Shown here: positions 10,798 through 19,182 of the stretch, one piece after another
Position numbering within the stretch: the stretch's first letter is position 1
Layout: the number at the start of each line of letters is the position of its first letter
DNA from: Escherichia phage P896
Direction: 5' to 3' (one strand)
DNA length: 64,000 bases
Sequence record: OL451225.1
Notes under the pieces: generated by a model
The model's database searches: none
Seen by the model: the letters and a program-made list of their open reading frames with translations, nothing else
Told to the model about the DNA's origin: nothing
Program-made: the position numbers and the translations under genes

Positions 10798-11069
10798 AAT
10801 CCGGAGGTATACATCATAAGATAACGGTGTATATCTTCGAATCCTTCGTTAAATTGTTCAATGATTTGTTCAATTTCATCTTCAGATAAACTTTTAAACA
10901 ACTTGTTAAACGATACATTGTTTAACTCATTACCATTCTCATTCCTCAATCCCAACTCATTCAAAAACGCGATAAACACATCACGCTTCATCGTAATATC
11001 TTCCCGGTCGGTTTTAATCAAAATTGAAGTTACAGTAACAATTTCAGAAACGATTTCAAATTTAGTCAT
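10794..11069 (-). CDS. asiA: Anti-sigma70 factor AsiA
   Basis: 91 aa; motifs ...VTSILIK..REDI...FIAFLNE...EQFNEGFE...RYLMMYT match my recollection of T4 AsiA (90 aa); convergent with t, overlapping by 4 nt. Confidence 0.85.
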   Translation of the reverse strand: MTKFEIVSEIVTVTSILIKTDREDITMKRDVFIAFLNELGLRNENGNELNNVSFNKLFKSLSEDEIEQIIEQFNEGFEDIHRYLMMYTSGF

Positions 11070-11127
11070 TTTAATTTACTCAAGTATTCAATAAGACATT
11101 CAATTATTCAGTAAGGATATTGTACTA

Positions 11128-11292
11128 TTATTCCTCTGGGTTGTACACATGATTTTCCATCTGTACAACATATTCCTGATACATCTGTTCAACTGGTTCC
11201 TGGAACTTAAAATCAGCTCCAAGGAATTCCTCAAAGCAAGACTGTTCGTGTGTACGTTGGCCAGTGATGGTGTTCTCTAAGTTATGACTCAT
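11128..11292 (-). CDS. Small hypothetical protein (asiA.1 position)
   Basis: 54 aa ORF (MSHNLENTITGQRTHEQSCFEEF...) read by hand, below the track length cut-off; fills the asiA-arn gap. Confidence 0.35.
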   Translation of the reverse strand: MSHNLENTITGQRTHEQSCFEEFLGADFKFQEPVEQMYQEYVVQMENHVYNPEE

Positions 11293-11301
11293 AACGATTC
11301 C

Positions 11302-11583
11302 TCAATCAATATAATATTCTAGACCAAAATCATCAATTTCTTCTTGAATTTCTCTTAATACTTGTTCTTCATCTAGACCAGACCCAAAAGTTACTTTAGC
11401 ATAACCTGGACGTTCACAAGAGAACCGAATTGTGTATTCCGGTTGGATATATCCAAAACTACTATCCAAATCACAAAGAATTTCTGCATAGATTTCGTCG
11501 CCGACAGCAGCATGAATTTTAAAAAGTTCATCAATGAGAATAACTAGTTCAGTTGCTTCGTACGTATGGAGTTTAGTAATCAT
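11302..11583 (-). CDS. arn: Acidic small protein, Arn-like (anti-restriction, DNA mimic) by size and position
   Basis: 93 aa, strongly acidic (many D/E), between asiA and motA; T4 Arn is about 92 aa. Assignment is by size, position and charge only. Confidence 0.45.
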   Translation of the reverse strand: MITKLHTYEATELVILIDELFKIHAAVGDEIYAEILCDLDSSFGYIQPEYTIRFSCERPGYAKVTFGSGLDEEQVLREIQEEIDDFGLEYYID

Positions 11584-11672
11584 AACCTTTACCCTTATGT
11601 TTCTGTTTACGATTAGATTCTTTAAAGTTTTTCTTCTTATCCTTATGGACAGACGCCTTATTGAAATCGTGT

Positions 11673-11951
11673 TTAGCTACCAGGTTGTTCATGTAATTTC
11701 CTTAATTGGTATTCAAGAGAGCTAATAATTTCTTTATTAGTCGCAATATACATATCACGCAGGAAGGGCTTCAGACCTTCTCTAACTCTATATGTGTTAT
11801 CACTAATATCCTTTATATATTCATGGTCTAGGGCATCCCAACCTGGCTGGTTAACATAAGTTCCCCAGTTGTCTTCCATCATGGTATTCAGATGTTTGAT
11901 ATGATTAATATGGTTTTCAATCGCATCAATTTGGAGTTGTTTAAGGTTCAT
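11673..11951 (-). CDS. Hypothetical protein
   Basis: 92 aa ORF in track; stop overlaps the next gene start. Confidence 0.5.
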   Translation of the reverse strand: MNLKQLQIDAIENHINHIKHLNTMMEDNWGTYVNQPGWDALDHEYIKDISDNTYRVREGLKPFLRDMYIATNKEIISSLEYQLRKLHEQPGS

Positions 11952-12412
11952 TAGTAAAGGTCCTCTGAATAAAGTTCTTTCTCACTGCCGCCACGTTCAA
12001 TGTGCACCTGATTTGCATAAGTCGCAATAATCATTGCTTCTTCGCGGGTCCAGTAATTGCTGTATTGGTCAATAAATCCTTGATTATCACCACAAACATG
12101 GTCTGACACAAGTTTATCACTTACCTGGTCAAGCACTTCTGCCATATCCTTGGAATAATGTCTGGCGCCGGGAATAACCAGAGTCCCGCCATCTTTCAAC
12201 TTAAAGCGGTTGGCTGCACACACAATCCTGCGCTGATATTTTTCATTGTTGTTCCAATGAGCAATCTGCCAACAGATTTCAGGAACTTCCTTTAGAATAT
12301 CTTCTTCTGTGCATTTATAACCATGTGCTTTAAATTTTTCAGCAAGACTTTCTGGAGTCTCACGAGATAAAGGAACATTCAGCATTTTTAAACGATTAAT
12401 AAATGGATTCAT
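11951..12412 (-). CDS. Hypothetical protein (153 aa from ATG overlapping the upstream stop)
   Basis: Track ORF 11951..12421; likely start is the ATG at 12412 in an ATGA overlap with the upstream gene stop. Contains IVCAANRF...DGG...PGARHYS...[10 protein letters not shown]; function unknown. Confidence 0.5.
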   Translation of the reverse strand: MNPFINRLKMLNVPLSRETPESLAEKFKAHGYKCTEEDILKEVPEICWQIAHWNNNEKYQRRIVCAANRFKLKDGGTLVIPGARHYSKDMAEVLDQVSDKLVSDHVCGDNQGFIDQYSNYWTREEAMIIATYANQVHIERGGSEKELYSEDLY

Positions 12413-12741
12413 TTGAACCAACCTTTAACACGTTGCCACAGACTTTTCTGTTGAGCTTTATTAACACCAATTGAGCGAATAACTGGTTGTGATTCCTGGT
12501 ATTCTTTGTAGTCAGCTTTATATACTTCATATGCTGCTGGAACAAAGGCACCAATCGCTGCCATGAAGTTCTTGCGTGCACCAAACGGAGCTACTGCATC
12601 ATCCTGACGATGGATAAGATACTGGCCAGCTTTGACCTTGACAATAGTTCCAAGGTAAGCGCCATGATACCAAACATCCCAACCTTCTTGAGTAGGTTCC
12701 ACACAAGCGCGTAATTCATTAACAATATTCAGCTTATTCAT
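12409..12741 (-). CDS. Hypothetical protein
   Basis: 110 aa ORF in track. Confidence 0.5.
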   Translation of the reverse strand: MNKLNIVNELRACVEPTQEGWDVWYHGAYLGTIVKVKAGQYLIHRQDDAVAPFGARKNFMAAIGAFVPAAYEVYKADYKEYQESQPVIRSIGVNKAQQKSLWQRVKGWFK

Positions 12742-12748
12742 AATTTCC

Positions 12749-13357
12749 TCACTTTAAGATGTTAATAACATGTTGAATGTTTTCAGTTGACATAACGTTG
12801 TCAATGTAGGTATTCAATCCACCTACTTTAACGCTAAATCCCACGTCTGTAAACTGTTTTACTATCTTTTGTTCAGTATTATACGCATGCACACGAATCT
12901 GACCATCACGACGTACATCAATCTGTTTTAATGTCTTGATACGTTTGAACTTCACAATCAGATTGCTGCGGTCTTCTGAAATGCTCTTAAAGTCAATACC
13001 AATAGACAACAATTGCTCTTTGATATATTCTGCAGTCGCTTCCATTTCATCAGTCACACCGCGTTTTGTTCTTGTCTTTTTCACTTCCAGAAGGTCAGGA
13101 TTATTTTCATTCGCCCAAAGTTCAGCTGCATCCAGAATAAGGTCAACGCCTTTTTCTGTAACCATCAAACCATCACCAGAAGCTTCAACATAGTTGTTAT
13201 TCAACAAGGTCTGTACGCTATCAATTGATGTGTTCTGCTGGTCTAAAACAACCTCTGGACTCACGAAGTTGTTTTTGTATACAAACACCAGAGCATTGAC
13301 ATCAGTCTCATGCAGCGCGTTCTGGGAGCATTTAACGATATAATTTAACTTGTTCAC
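12749..13357 (-). CDS. motA: Middle transcription activator MotA (candidate)
   Basis: 202 aa (T4 MotA 211 aa); between the asiA/arn block and gene 52 as in T4; divergent from the T4 sequence I recall, so partly positional. Confidence 0.6.
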   Translation of the reverse strand: MNKLNYIVKCSQNALHETDVNALVFVYKNNFVSPEVVLDQQNTSIDSVQTLLNNNYVEASGDGLMVTEKGVDLILDAAELWANENNPDLLEVKKTRTKRGVTDEMEATAEYIKEQLLSIGIDFKSISEDRSNLIVKFKRIKTLKQIDVRRDGQIRVHAYNTEQKIVKQFTDVGFSVKVGGLNTYIDNVMSTENIQHVINILK

Positions 13358-13359
13358 AA

Positions 13360-13587
13360 TTATCCCTTAATAGATTTCATGTAATTTGATGCATATGATT
13401 GTACCACAGTACGTTTCATATGGGAAGTAGAAACAATCACATCAATCGCTTGTTTACGTTCTTCTTTAGAATTCGCCAGTTTGAACATGTCAAAGTAATA
13501 ATAGCAAGCTTCTTTGTTAGATTTGAATTTAGCGTTGATGTATTCTTGACCTTCATTCTGTTGTGCAGTAAACATTTTATTCTCCAA
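13360..13587 (-). CDS. Hypothetical protein (motA.1 position)
   Basis: 75 aa ORF; preceded by an early promoter cassette. Confidence 0.5.
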   Translation of the reverse strand: MENKMFTAQQNEGQEYINAKFKSNKEACYYYFDMFKLANSKEERKQAIDVIVSTSHMKRTVVQSYASNYMKSIKG

Positions 13588-13624
13588 AGTTTTTGTGATT
13601 CAGTGTGTAACTCAGTATGGAATC

Positions 13625-13662
13625 ATTATGCCTCATGACCATCTGGTTGTACACTACTTTTT
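13625..13662 (-). promoter_or_regulatory. Early promoter cassette (A-rich / TGTACA / 17 bp / CATAAT), PeSL-like
   Basis: Minus strand: aaaaaagtagTGTACAaccagatggtcatgaggCATAATgattccatactgagttac; shares the aactcagtatggaatcattatg block with cassettes at 17721, 31066 and 39521. Confidence 0.6.
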
Positions 13663-13690
13663 TAAAATAAAAAAGGACCCCGAAGGGTCC
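13661..13690 (-). terminator. Intrinsic terminator-like hairpin downstream of gene 52
   Basis: ggaccccgaagggtcc hairpin (13675-13690) followed on the minus strand by a T-run. Confidence 0.55.
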
Positions 13691-13788
13691 TAGTCTTTAT
13701 CTATCTTATTACCAATAAACATACCAACAATCACACCTGCGATTGCCGCAAAAATACAAAGCAATGCAAACTCAACTCCAAAACTCAT
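13690..13788 (-). CDS. Small hydrophobic peptide (32 aa)
   Basis: MSFGVEFALLCIFAAIAGVIVGMFIGNKIDKD read by hand; ATG overlaps the gp52 stop (ATGA). Confidence 0.3.
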   Translation of the reverse strand: MSFGVEFALLCIFAAIAGVIVGMFIGNKIDKD

Positions 13789-15164
13789 AGAGCCTCCAAA
13801 TCATTAAGGTATTCAGTTTTAACATCAGTTGTCTTCCAGTACTCATGCTCAGCTTTCTTAGCCTTTGCTTCGTCTGCAAGCTTCTTGGCTTCATCAGAGG
13901 TCATATGGTAGATGTTCATCGCCACTAACTTCTCTGCATAATCGCCATATATTTCACTCGCCTGGAGTTCCTCAATCAACTTCTTACGAGGTTTCCCCTG
14001 GATAACAACCTTACCATCAATCACTTCTTTAATAAAGAAGACTTTCGCGCGGGCCAGTTTAAATGCCGCTTCAGTTTCTTTAATCTTACTGTCAATTCGC
14101 ACTTGAACATAAGTCTTACGGACATCAACGAAATCGCGAATCAGGTCAAGCGTGTTGGTGTATTCAGCCAGCTTGCCTTTGTGATTAAGCACCGTTAAGT
14201 TCTGGGAGAGCTTCTCAATCAGACCGAAGTCTTTCATGATTTTCTCATGATTCTCTTCTTCAGTACCATCCAGCTTGTATTCTTTGCGGAATTTAATCTT
14301 AAACCCGAAACCATGCTCGCCGCAGTTATCTTTCCAGGTGATAAAACCTTTCTCTTCCAGTGGGTCCAGAATTTTACTTATATACTTTTCCAGGTTCCAT
14401 TGGACCGGGATTTCAGTAATTTCCATTTGAGTCCTGGAGGTCATTTTGTATGTGCCATGAAGCTCATACTTGCCAGGCTCTTCCAATTCAACAACTTTGC
14501 CACGGAATTCTGGATATTTTACTTTCGGAGCAACCGGCTCACGACCTTCCACGATAGCTTTAACAGCTTCCTTGACGTCCTGGAACGAATGAGGAAGAAT
14601 ATCAGTAGCGAAGCCAACAGCAATCCCAGAAGTGGCGTTAAGTAATACAGTAGGAATAACAGGAAGATAAAAAGCAGGAGGCTTATGTTCTTCATCAGGA
14701 TGGACCGGAGCATATTCTGTATCCTTAAACAAGTTATAAAAGTTCTTTGAAACCCTTGCGAATACATAACGAGCTGATGATGCTTCTGGCACCATTCTGG
14801 AACCAAAGTTACCTTGCCCATCAAACATGGGGTATTCATTTTTATATGTTGCAACCAGACCAGAAGTTGCTTCTTCCGCTGATGCTTCGCCATGGTGATA
14901 ACCATAATCAGCTACGCCACCTGCAATGGATGCAACCTTATGGAATTTATTCTTATCACCGCGCGCCAGGTCTAATGCTCTCGCCATAACAAATCTGTGA
15001 ACTGGTTTAAAACCATCAATCATGTTTGGGATGGCACGACCTTCCACAGTGTATATAGCATATGACAATGCTTCCACATCAATAATGTCTTTTAGACTGC
15101 GTGGGTTAAGGGTCCCCATGGAATCACTGAACTGTTTGGACATCATACTTAAAACGTCAGACAT
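13785..15164 (-). CDS. 52: DNA topoisomerase II medium subunit gp52 (GyrA-like)
   Basis: 459 aa (T4 gp52 about 442 aa); GyrA/ParC-type N-terminal motifs (RAIPNMIDGFKPVHRFV...). Confidence 0.9.
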   Translation of the reverse strand: MSDVLSMMSKQFSDSMGTLNPRSLKDIIDVEALSYAIYTVEGRAIPNMIDGFKPVHRFVMARALDLARGDKNKFHKVASIAGGVADYGYHHGEASAEEATSGLVATYKNEYPMFDGQGNFGSRMVPEASSARYVFARVSKNFYNLFKDTEYAPVHPDEEHKPPAFYLPVIPTVLLNATSGIAVGFATDILPHSFQDVKEAVKAIVEGREPVAPKVKYPEFRGKVVELEEPGKYELHGTYKMTSRTQMEITEIPVQWNLEKYISKILDPLEEKGFITWKDNCGEHGFGFKIKFRKEYKLDGTEEENHEKIMKDFGLIEKLSQNLTVLNHKGKLAEYTNTLDLIRDFVDVRKTYVQVRIDSKIKETEAAFKLARAKVFFIKEVIDGKVVIQGKPRKKLIEELQASEIYGDYAEKLVAMNIYHMTSDEAKKLADEAKAKKAEHEYWKTTDVKTEYLNDLEAL

Positions 15165-15172
15165 ATATCACC

Positions 15173-15313
15173 TTACCAGATTAACGAATGTACTGCCATT
15201 ATAGCATCAGAAATAAAAAGCACAACCTGCACTAATGCAAATACAACTCCATAATACAGCGCTACCAATAATGCAGCAAGGGCTAACGAGTAGCCCAGGA
15301 TTTTCTTAATCAT
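15173..15313 (-). CDS. Small membrane peptide (46 aa; 52.1 position)
   Basis: MIKKILGYSLALAALLVALYYGVVFALVQVVLFISDAIMAVHSLIW read by hand; ATGA overlap with the upstream gene stop. Confidence 0.4.
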   Translation of the reverse strand: MIKKILGYSLALAALLVALYYGVVFALVQVVLFISDAIMAVHSLIW

Positions 15314-15474
15314 CTATTAACCACAGAAATCATAAATTTAACAAAAGCGTCAGTTACAAACCATCCACATAAGAAATAAACAAACCCCATAGGCGGAACA
15401 AAGACACCTGCAAGAAAAAGCGTTACCAAAACAACTACTGCTATCATATAAATGAACGAAAAGACCGTTGACAT
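15310..15474 (-). CDS. ac: Small membrane protein, Ac-like (acriflavine sensitivity) by size and position
   Basis: Track ORF 15310..15495 appears to use a non-ATG start; the first ATG gives a 54 aa protein MSTVFSFIYMIAVVVLVTLFLAGVFVPP... (T4 Ac is about 51 aa) between stp and 52. Confidence 0.45.
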   Translation of the reverse strand: MSTVFSFIYMIAVVVLVTLFLAGVFVPPMGFVYFLCGWFVTDAFVKFMISVVNR

Positions 15475-15481
15475 ATTTTCC

Positions 15482-15562
15482 TCAGGGGCGTCCAAAGACG
15501 CCAGTTAATTTCAGATTATGACGATGCCATTGCATCACATGTTCATTATGGAAATTACTCAT
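15482..15562 (-). CDS. stp: Stp peptide (26 aa; anti-restriction peptide that also triggers the PrrC anticodon nuclease)
   Basis: Hand translation [26 protein letters not shown] closely matches the T4 Stp peptide as I recall it ([26 protein letters not shown]); starts 1 nt after the ndd stop. Confidence 0.8.
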   Translation of the reverse strand: MSNFHNEHVMQWHRHNLKLTGVFGRP

Positions 15563-15563
15563 A

Positions 15564-16013
15564 TTAATAGCTCTGCAAAATGAATTTAAAGTTATCAGCA
15601 AGCATGCGATTCATTTCTGAAAGGGTCTGACAATCAGAACTATGTGAGCGAGTGAACGCCATCGCAATTTGACCTTTACCATAACCAGTTGTCAGAGATT
15701 TCATTTTAGAAACTGGGACAAACAGGACTTCATAGATAACACCATTGTTCGCCATTGTGCGAGACAGTTGAGAACGCTGTTTGCGGATGTGACTTAACAC
15801 AGTGTCAAACCCTTGTTGTGAACGTTGGTTACCAACATAAAAACGTGCCGCAACAATACGTGATTCACCTTCACCTTTAACCACGAAATAAAAACCTGGC
15901 TGGGCGATAGCTTCTTTAGTTGGACGCCCTGCAACATAATTACCATTATGGATGTAAGCAACAGTGGTAGCGCCGGCATTCAGTACGTCACGACGGGTCA
16001 TGTAAGTAGTCAT
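15564..16013 (-). CDS. ndd: Nucleoid disruption protein Ndd (candidate)
   Basis: 149 aa (T4 Ndd about 151 aa), immediately upstream of stp and ac as in T4. Confidence 0.6.
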   Translation of the reverse strand: MTTYMTRRDVLNAGATTVAYIHNGNYVAGRPTKEAIAQPGFYFVVKGEGESRIVAARFYVGNQRSQQGFDTVLSHIRKQRSQLSRTMANNGVIYEVLFVPVSKMKSLTTGYGKGQIAMAFTRSHSSDCQTLSEMNRMLADNFKFILQSY

Positions 16014-16056
16014 ATTAATTTCCTCAGTAAGTTAAAGTTTTGTGCTCCAGTGGGGT

Positions 16057-16095
16057 CATTATACTCTGACCCCAAGAGTATGTACACTATTTTTG
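16057..16095 (-). promoter_or_regulatory. Early promoter cassette (TGTACA / 17 bp / TATAAT inside an inverted repeat), PeSL-like
   Basis: Minus strand: aaaaatagTGTACAtactcttGGGGTCAgagTATAATGACCCCactggag, 45 nt upstream of the ndd ATG; near-identical copy at 26650-26695. Confidence 0.6.
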
Positions 16096-16431
16096 AAGTT
16101 GTTCTAAAATAAATCCGCTGGTGTAAAGGCTTGCATTATACAGGCGGTCAAGAGACAACGAATCCAATCCATAAGCTTCGCGAATTGCATTGATAGCACT
16201 CTCATAACTTGTATAATAAACATCGCGATAATCGCGGTCCATAGTCATGCGGAACTTAATAAATTTGTAGAAACCAGTTTCAGGGTCCTGATAGAATGCA
16301 AATTCTGCAGACATCAAATTTTTAAGGTTAACAGCTTTTGTACCACCTGAATAACTTAAATCAAATGCTTCTGATATGCTAATCTGTTTAAAGAACATAA
16401 TGTTGCGATTACCAAAAAAGATTTTAGACAT
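16087..16431 (-). CDS. Hypothetical protein
   Basis: 114 aa ORF preceded by a promoter cassette. Confidence 0.5.
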   Translation of the reverse strand: MSKIFFGNRNIMFFKQISISEAFDLSYSGGTKAVNLKNLMSAEFAFYQDPETGFYKFIKFRMTMDRDYRDVYYTSYESAINAIREAYGLDSLSLDRLYNASLYTSGFILEQLQK

Positions 16432-16470
16432 AATGATTTCCTCAGTTAAATTTTATTATCCACTGGGAAC

Positions 16471-16510
16471 ATTATACTCTGCTCCCAAGAGTTTGTACAC
16501 TATTCTACAT
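16471..16510 (-). promoter_or_regulatory. Early promoter cassette (TGTACA / 17 bp / TATAAT), PeSL-like
   Basis: Minus strand: gaatagTGTACAaactcttgggagcagagTATAATgttcccagtgg. Confidence 0.6.
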
Positions 16511-16745
16511 CAACTGCGTCATCCCACAAGTCAACTTCTTCTGATGATTCCATCAGTTCATCAACTGTGAAGCACTCAGTATTATTTTCAATTGCAAAAC
16601 GCTTCTGATAAAAAGGATAATCCAAACAGTTTTCAGTGCGCACGGGGCGTTCACTGTTATCCATTAAAGGCGAAATGCGAATCAGTTGTTGACCATTACC
16701 CAGGACAAATTTTTCACCAACTGCAATGTCTTTAAAAAGTTTCAT
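16500..16745 (-). CDS. Hypothetical protein
   Basis: 81 aa ORF in track. Confidence 0.45.
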   Translation of the reverse strand: MKLFKDIAVGEKFVLGNGQQLIRISPLMDNSERPVRTENCLDYPFYQKRFAIENNTECFTVDELMESSEEVDLWDDAVDVE

Positions 16746-16948
16746 TGCTTAGCTCCATTCCAAATTACATCAACAACAGACTTCAAACCATTATCCTGGA
16801 TTTGTGTGAATACTTCAGCAGCAATCCAGACCTGGAAACCAATCATTGCAATGGCACCAATGAAAATCAGGATAATCATCGCCACAATAAACTTGAACAT
16901 AAAGTCAAAGCGACGATTGGATTTCTGAAAGTGTGAATTGTAATTCAT
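16742..16948 (-). CDS. Small membrane protein
   Basis: Track ORF 16742..16996; likely start is the internal ATG at 16948 (SD GAGGA upstream); hydrophobic core FIVAMIILIFIGAIAMIGF. Confidence 0.45.
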   Translation of the reverse strand: MNYNSHFQKSNRRFDFMFKFIVAMIILIFIGAIAMIGFQVWIAAEVFTQIQDNGLKSVVDVIWNGAKQ

Positions 16949-16958
16949 AATATTATCC

Positions 16959-17081
16959 TCAAAAGAAATAGTTAAAGTAAACACGCACATGGTCAATCAT
17001 AAAAACAATTGGGAAAATGCTCAGGACAACAAACAGTACAAACATGTTCCAAATGGCTTTAAGTAACTTTTTCATAATCAT
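16959..17081 (-). CDS. Small membrane peptide (40 aa)
   Basis: MIMKKLLKAIWNMFVLFVVLSIFPIVFMIDHVRVYFNYFF read by hand, directly downstream of a promoter cassette with the ATCAACTACTG leader. Confidence 0.35.
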   Translation of the reverse strand: MIMKKLLKAIWNMFVLFVVLSIFPIVFMIDHVRVYFNYFF

Positions 17082-17101
17082 CTCCAGTAGTTGATAGGTT
17101 C

Positions 17102-17140
17102 ATTATACTACAACCACCGGAGATGTACACTTTTTTATGC
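17102..17140 (-). promoter_or_regulatory. Early promoter cassette (TGTACA / 16 bp / TATAAT) with ATCAACTACTG leader
   Basis: Minus strand: aaaaaagTGTACAtctccggtggttgtagTATAATgaacctATCAACTACTGGAGATgattATG. Confidence 0.55.
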
Positions 17141-17220
17141 AAGTTTCATTAATAATAAACTAAAACAAACGCAAATTACTGGGATACACAACATCCAGAT
17201 AAGACACCAGGTTTTGCTGC

Positions 17221-17487
17221 TCAAAATATCACCTCTTTGATTTCAATCAGACCCCTGTGCAATGCGGTGCGAAGGTCATAAAGAATATCTATGCCATCAA
17301 CATTATCCAGTTTTCCATCAATAAGCTTTTTTAAATCATGCTTTGATGCAACTAGCGGGCGAAGAAATTTACATTCAGAAAGAGACAATTCTGTAGTAAT
17401 ATCATCACCATCACCTGACGCATCATACATGGCAGCAACAACCATACCTGTAACTTTGTGCTTGGCGTAATATAATTTGATATCCAT
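17221..17487 (-). CDS. Hypothetical protein
   Basis: Track ORF 17221..17583; likely start is the ATG at 17487 (MDIKLYYAKHK..., SD GAGGA), which avoids overlap with the upstream gene. Confidence 0.5.
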   Translation of the reverse strand: MDIKLYYAKHKVTGMVVAAMYDASGDGDDITTELSLSECKFLRPLVASKHDLKKLIDGKLDNVDGIDILYDLRTALHRGLIEIKEVIF

Positions 17488-17497
17488 TTTGTTTTCC

Positions 17498-17704
17498 TCA
17501 ATAATCAGCAAGCAAATCAACAATACAATCGCGAAGACATTTGTTTGCAATACGTTTAAGAGCAATTTCAGTTTCTGGAGCATTTTGAATAATCAAGGAA
17601 TTCAATTCAGCTTCAGCAAATTGCAATTCTTTAACCAGTTCAGCTTTATGCTTGCCTTCGCCTTGTTTTGCTTTAGCACGTTTTAATTCAGCAGTAGTCG
17701 ACAT
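17498..17704 (-). CDS. Hypothetical protein
   Basis: 68 aa ORF preceded by a promoter cassette. Confidence 0.5.
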   Translation of the reverse strand: MSTTAELKRAKAKQGEGKHKAELVKELQFAEAELNSLIIQNAPETEIALKRIANKCLRDCIVDLLADY

Positions 17705-17738
17705 TTTATTCTCCAGTTTGGTAACTCAGTATGGAATC

Positions 17739-17778
17739 ATTATGCACTGACTCCATACTGATGTACACTACTTTTTAA
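17739..17778 (-). promoter_or_regulatory. Early promoter cassette (TGTACA / 17 bp / CATAAT), PeSL-like
   Basis: Minus strand: aaaaagtagTGTACAtcagtatggagtcagtgCATAATgattccatactgagttacc. Confidence 0.6.
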
Positions 17779-18054
17779 TTAATTGTGCATTTGTTCTTTA
17801 ACTTCTTTATATGCGCCAACTGCATTCACGACCCCAGTAAAATCTGCAGTCCCACGATAGAGATAGAAAGCAATTTCAGTCAGGTGGTAGACTTCAAATT
17901 CTGAAAGATAAACGATAACGTCATAATATGCAACTTGGCCCTGGACTTCGTTGAATACCACATCAAAAATTTCATGGGTTGGAAAATTGATGTTGTTGTT
18001 TTTGAGTGCTTGAATAAGAATTTGTTTGATGTTGTGAGTAGTAACGTGTTCCAT
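17779..18054 (-). CDS. Hypothetical protein
   Basis: Track ORF 17779..18144; likely start is the ATG at 18054 (MEHVTTHNIKQ..., SD GAGGA). Confidence 0.45.
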   Translation of the reverse strand: MEHVTTHNIKQILIQALKNNNINFPTHEIFDVVFNEVQGQVAYYDVIVYLSEFEVYHLTEIAFYLYRGTADFTGVVNAVGAYKEVKEQMHN

Positions 18055-18101
18055 GATAATGTCCTCATTTGTTGGTGTGAGGACATTATTCCATAGTTGG
18101 T

Positions 18102-18695
18102 TCAGCTTGTAAACCGGTGATAGGGAAATTTTTCTTCTGAACAAGAACGGAGGTACCAGCCATCCCCTTGTGACTTCTGCACAAGACCAGACTCAGGAAC
18201 GAAAGCACCAGGTCCAGCAAGGAATTTTGGTTTAAATCTATAACCTTTGAGAGTCTCTTTTACATCGAGCATAATCATAAGGTCAGCAAGCTTGTGTTGC
18301 ATAAAAGGACCAAGATTGACCCCGTAACCATGCGGATAATCGCCCTGGTGACCAGTATGCACGGATATCCATTTGGAACCGGACTGATGAGTCTTGACTT
18401 CAATTCTTACGCCTTCTTTCGAAACTACATCAAATGCAAAGGAATAAGGATTATCGTAATCTTCATCACCGCCGCATAAAAAACCGGAGGTCCATTTGGC
18501 AATAGCTTGTTCAGCCATTGTGGCCACCATACATCTTTGCATGACTTGCTCACGGTCCTGACCTGGGTCTTTACGCAATGAATACCTGGCCGTGTCTACA
18601 ATCTTCTGCAGGGATTCAGGGGTTAAGTCTTCCTTCGTATAAAGAAAGGAGGGCATCTTTTTCAGATGCTCCCATGTTTTACTCTTCTGAATCAT
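18102..18695 (-). CDS. denB: Endonuclease IV DenB (candidate, by size and position)
   Basis: 197 aa ORF (T4 DenB about 185 aa) located before rIIB as in T4; no motif-level confirmation. Confidence 0.45.
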   Translation of the reverse strand: MIQKSKTWEHLKKMPSFLYTKEDLTPESLQKIVDTARYSLRKDPGQDREQVMQRCMVATMAEQAIAKWTSGFLCGGDEDYDNPYSFAFDVVSKEGVRIEVKTHQSGSKWISVHTGHQGDYPHGYGVNLGPFMQHKLADLMIMLDVKETLKGYRFKPKFLAGPGAFVPESGLVQKSQGDGWYLRSCSEEKFPYHRFTS

Positions 18696-18948
18696 TTACG
18701 ACCTCATCGATGCCGACGATTCCCCGGATATGAAGCTCGCCATAGTACAAACGGTCATTAGCATCAAATGTATCAGAATCCGGGTCAGGGAATTCCCCAA
18801 CAACTACTTCATCACATTCCAACCAGCCATAGTGAACATCACCTTCATGCTTGATGAGCTTACCGCAGTAAACTATTCCTGCGTAATGGTGACCCCGGAG
18901 ATTTGAAACTTTGATGTCACGGTCTGACACATTGAAATGCTTAATCAT
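18679..18948 (-). CDS. Hypothetical protein
   Basis: 89 aa ORF in track. Confidence 0.45.
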   Translation of the reverse strand: MIKHFNVSDRDIKVSNLRGHHYAGIVYCGKLIKHEGDVHYGWLECDEVVVGEFPDPDSDTFDANDRLYYGELHIRGIVGIDEVVNDSEE

Positions 18949-18951
18949 AAT

Positions 18952-19149
18952 TTATTCACCAAAATAAGAGATACGAGTTGCCAGTACATGAGCATATGCG
19001 CCCATCGCGTCAAGTTGTGAAATCAAAAAACCTTGTTGACGAGCATCGAGAGTTTCAAAAACACCGCCCTTAATAAATTCTTCAAGAGCATTAATTTTCA
19101 AAACCAGCTGGTCATGTTCTTCAACTACACGTGCTTGGAAACCTAACAT
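18952..19149 (-). CDS. Hypothetical protein
   Basis: 65 aa ORF in track. Confidence 0.4.
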   Translation of the reverse strand: MLGFQARVVEEHDQLVLKINALEEFIKGGVFETLDARQQGFLISQLDAMGAYAHVLATRISYFGE

Positions 19150-19182
19150 AAAGCCTCATTAGGGGCCGAAGCCCCGATTAAT

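Noticed and set aside
11951-12412. Possible macro-domain-like motif (IVCAANRF...DGG) in the 153 aa protein
   Set aside because: Only a short resemblance to the VVNAAN...GGGV signature, in the wrong position within the protein and without the downstream macro-domain motifs; kept as a hypothetical protein.
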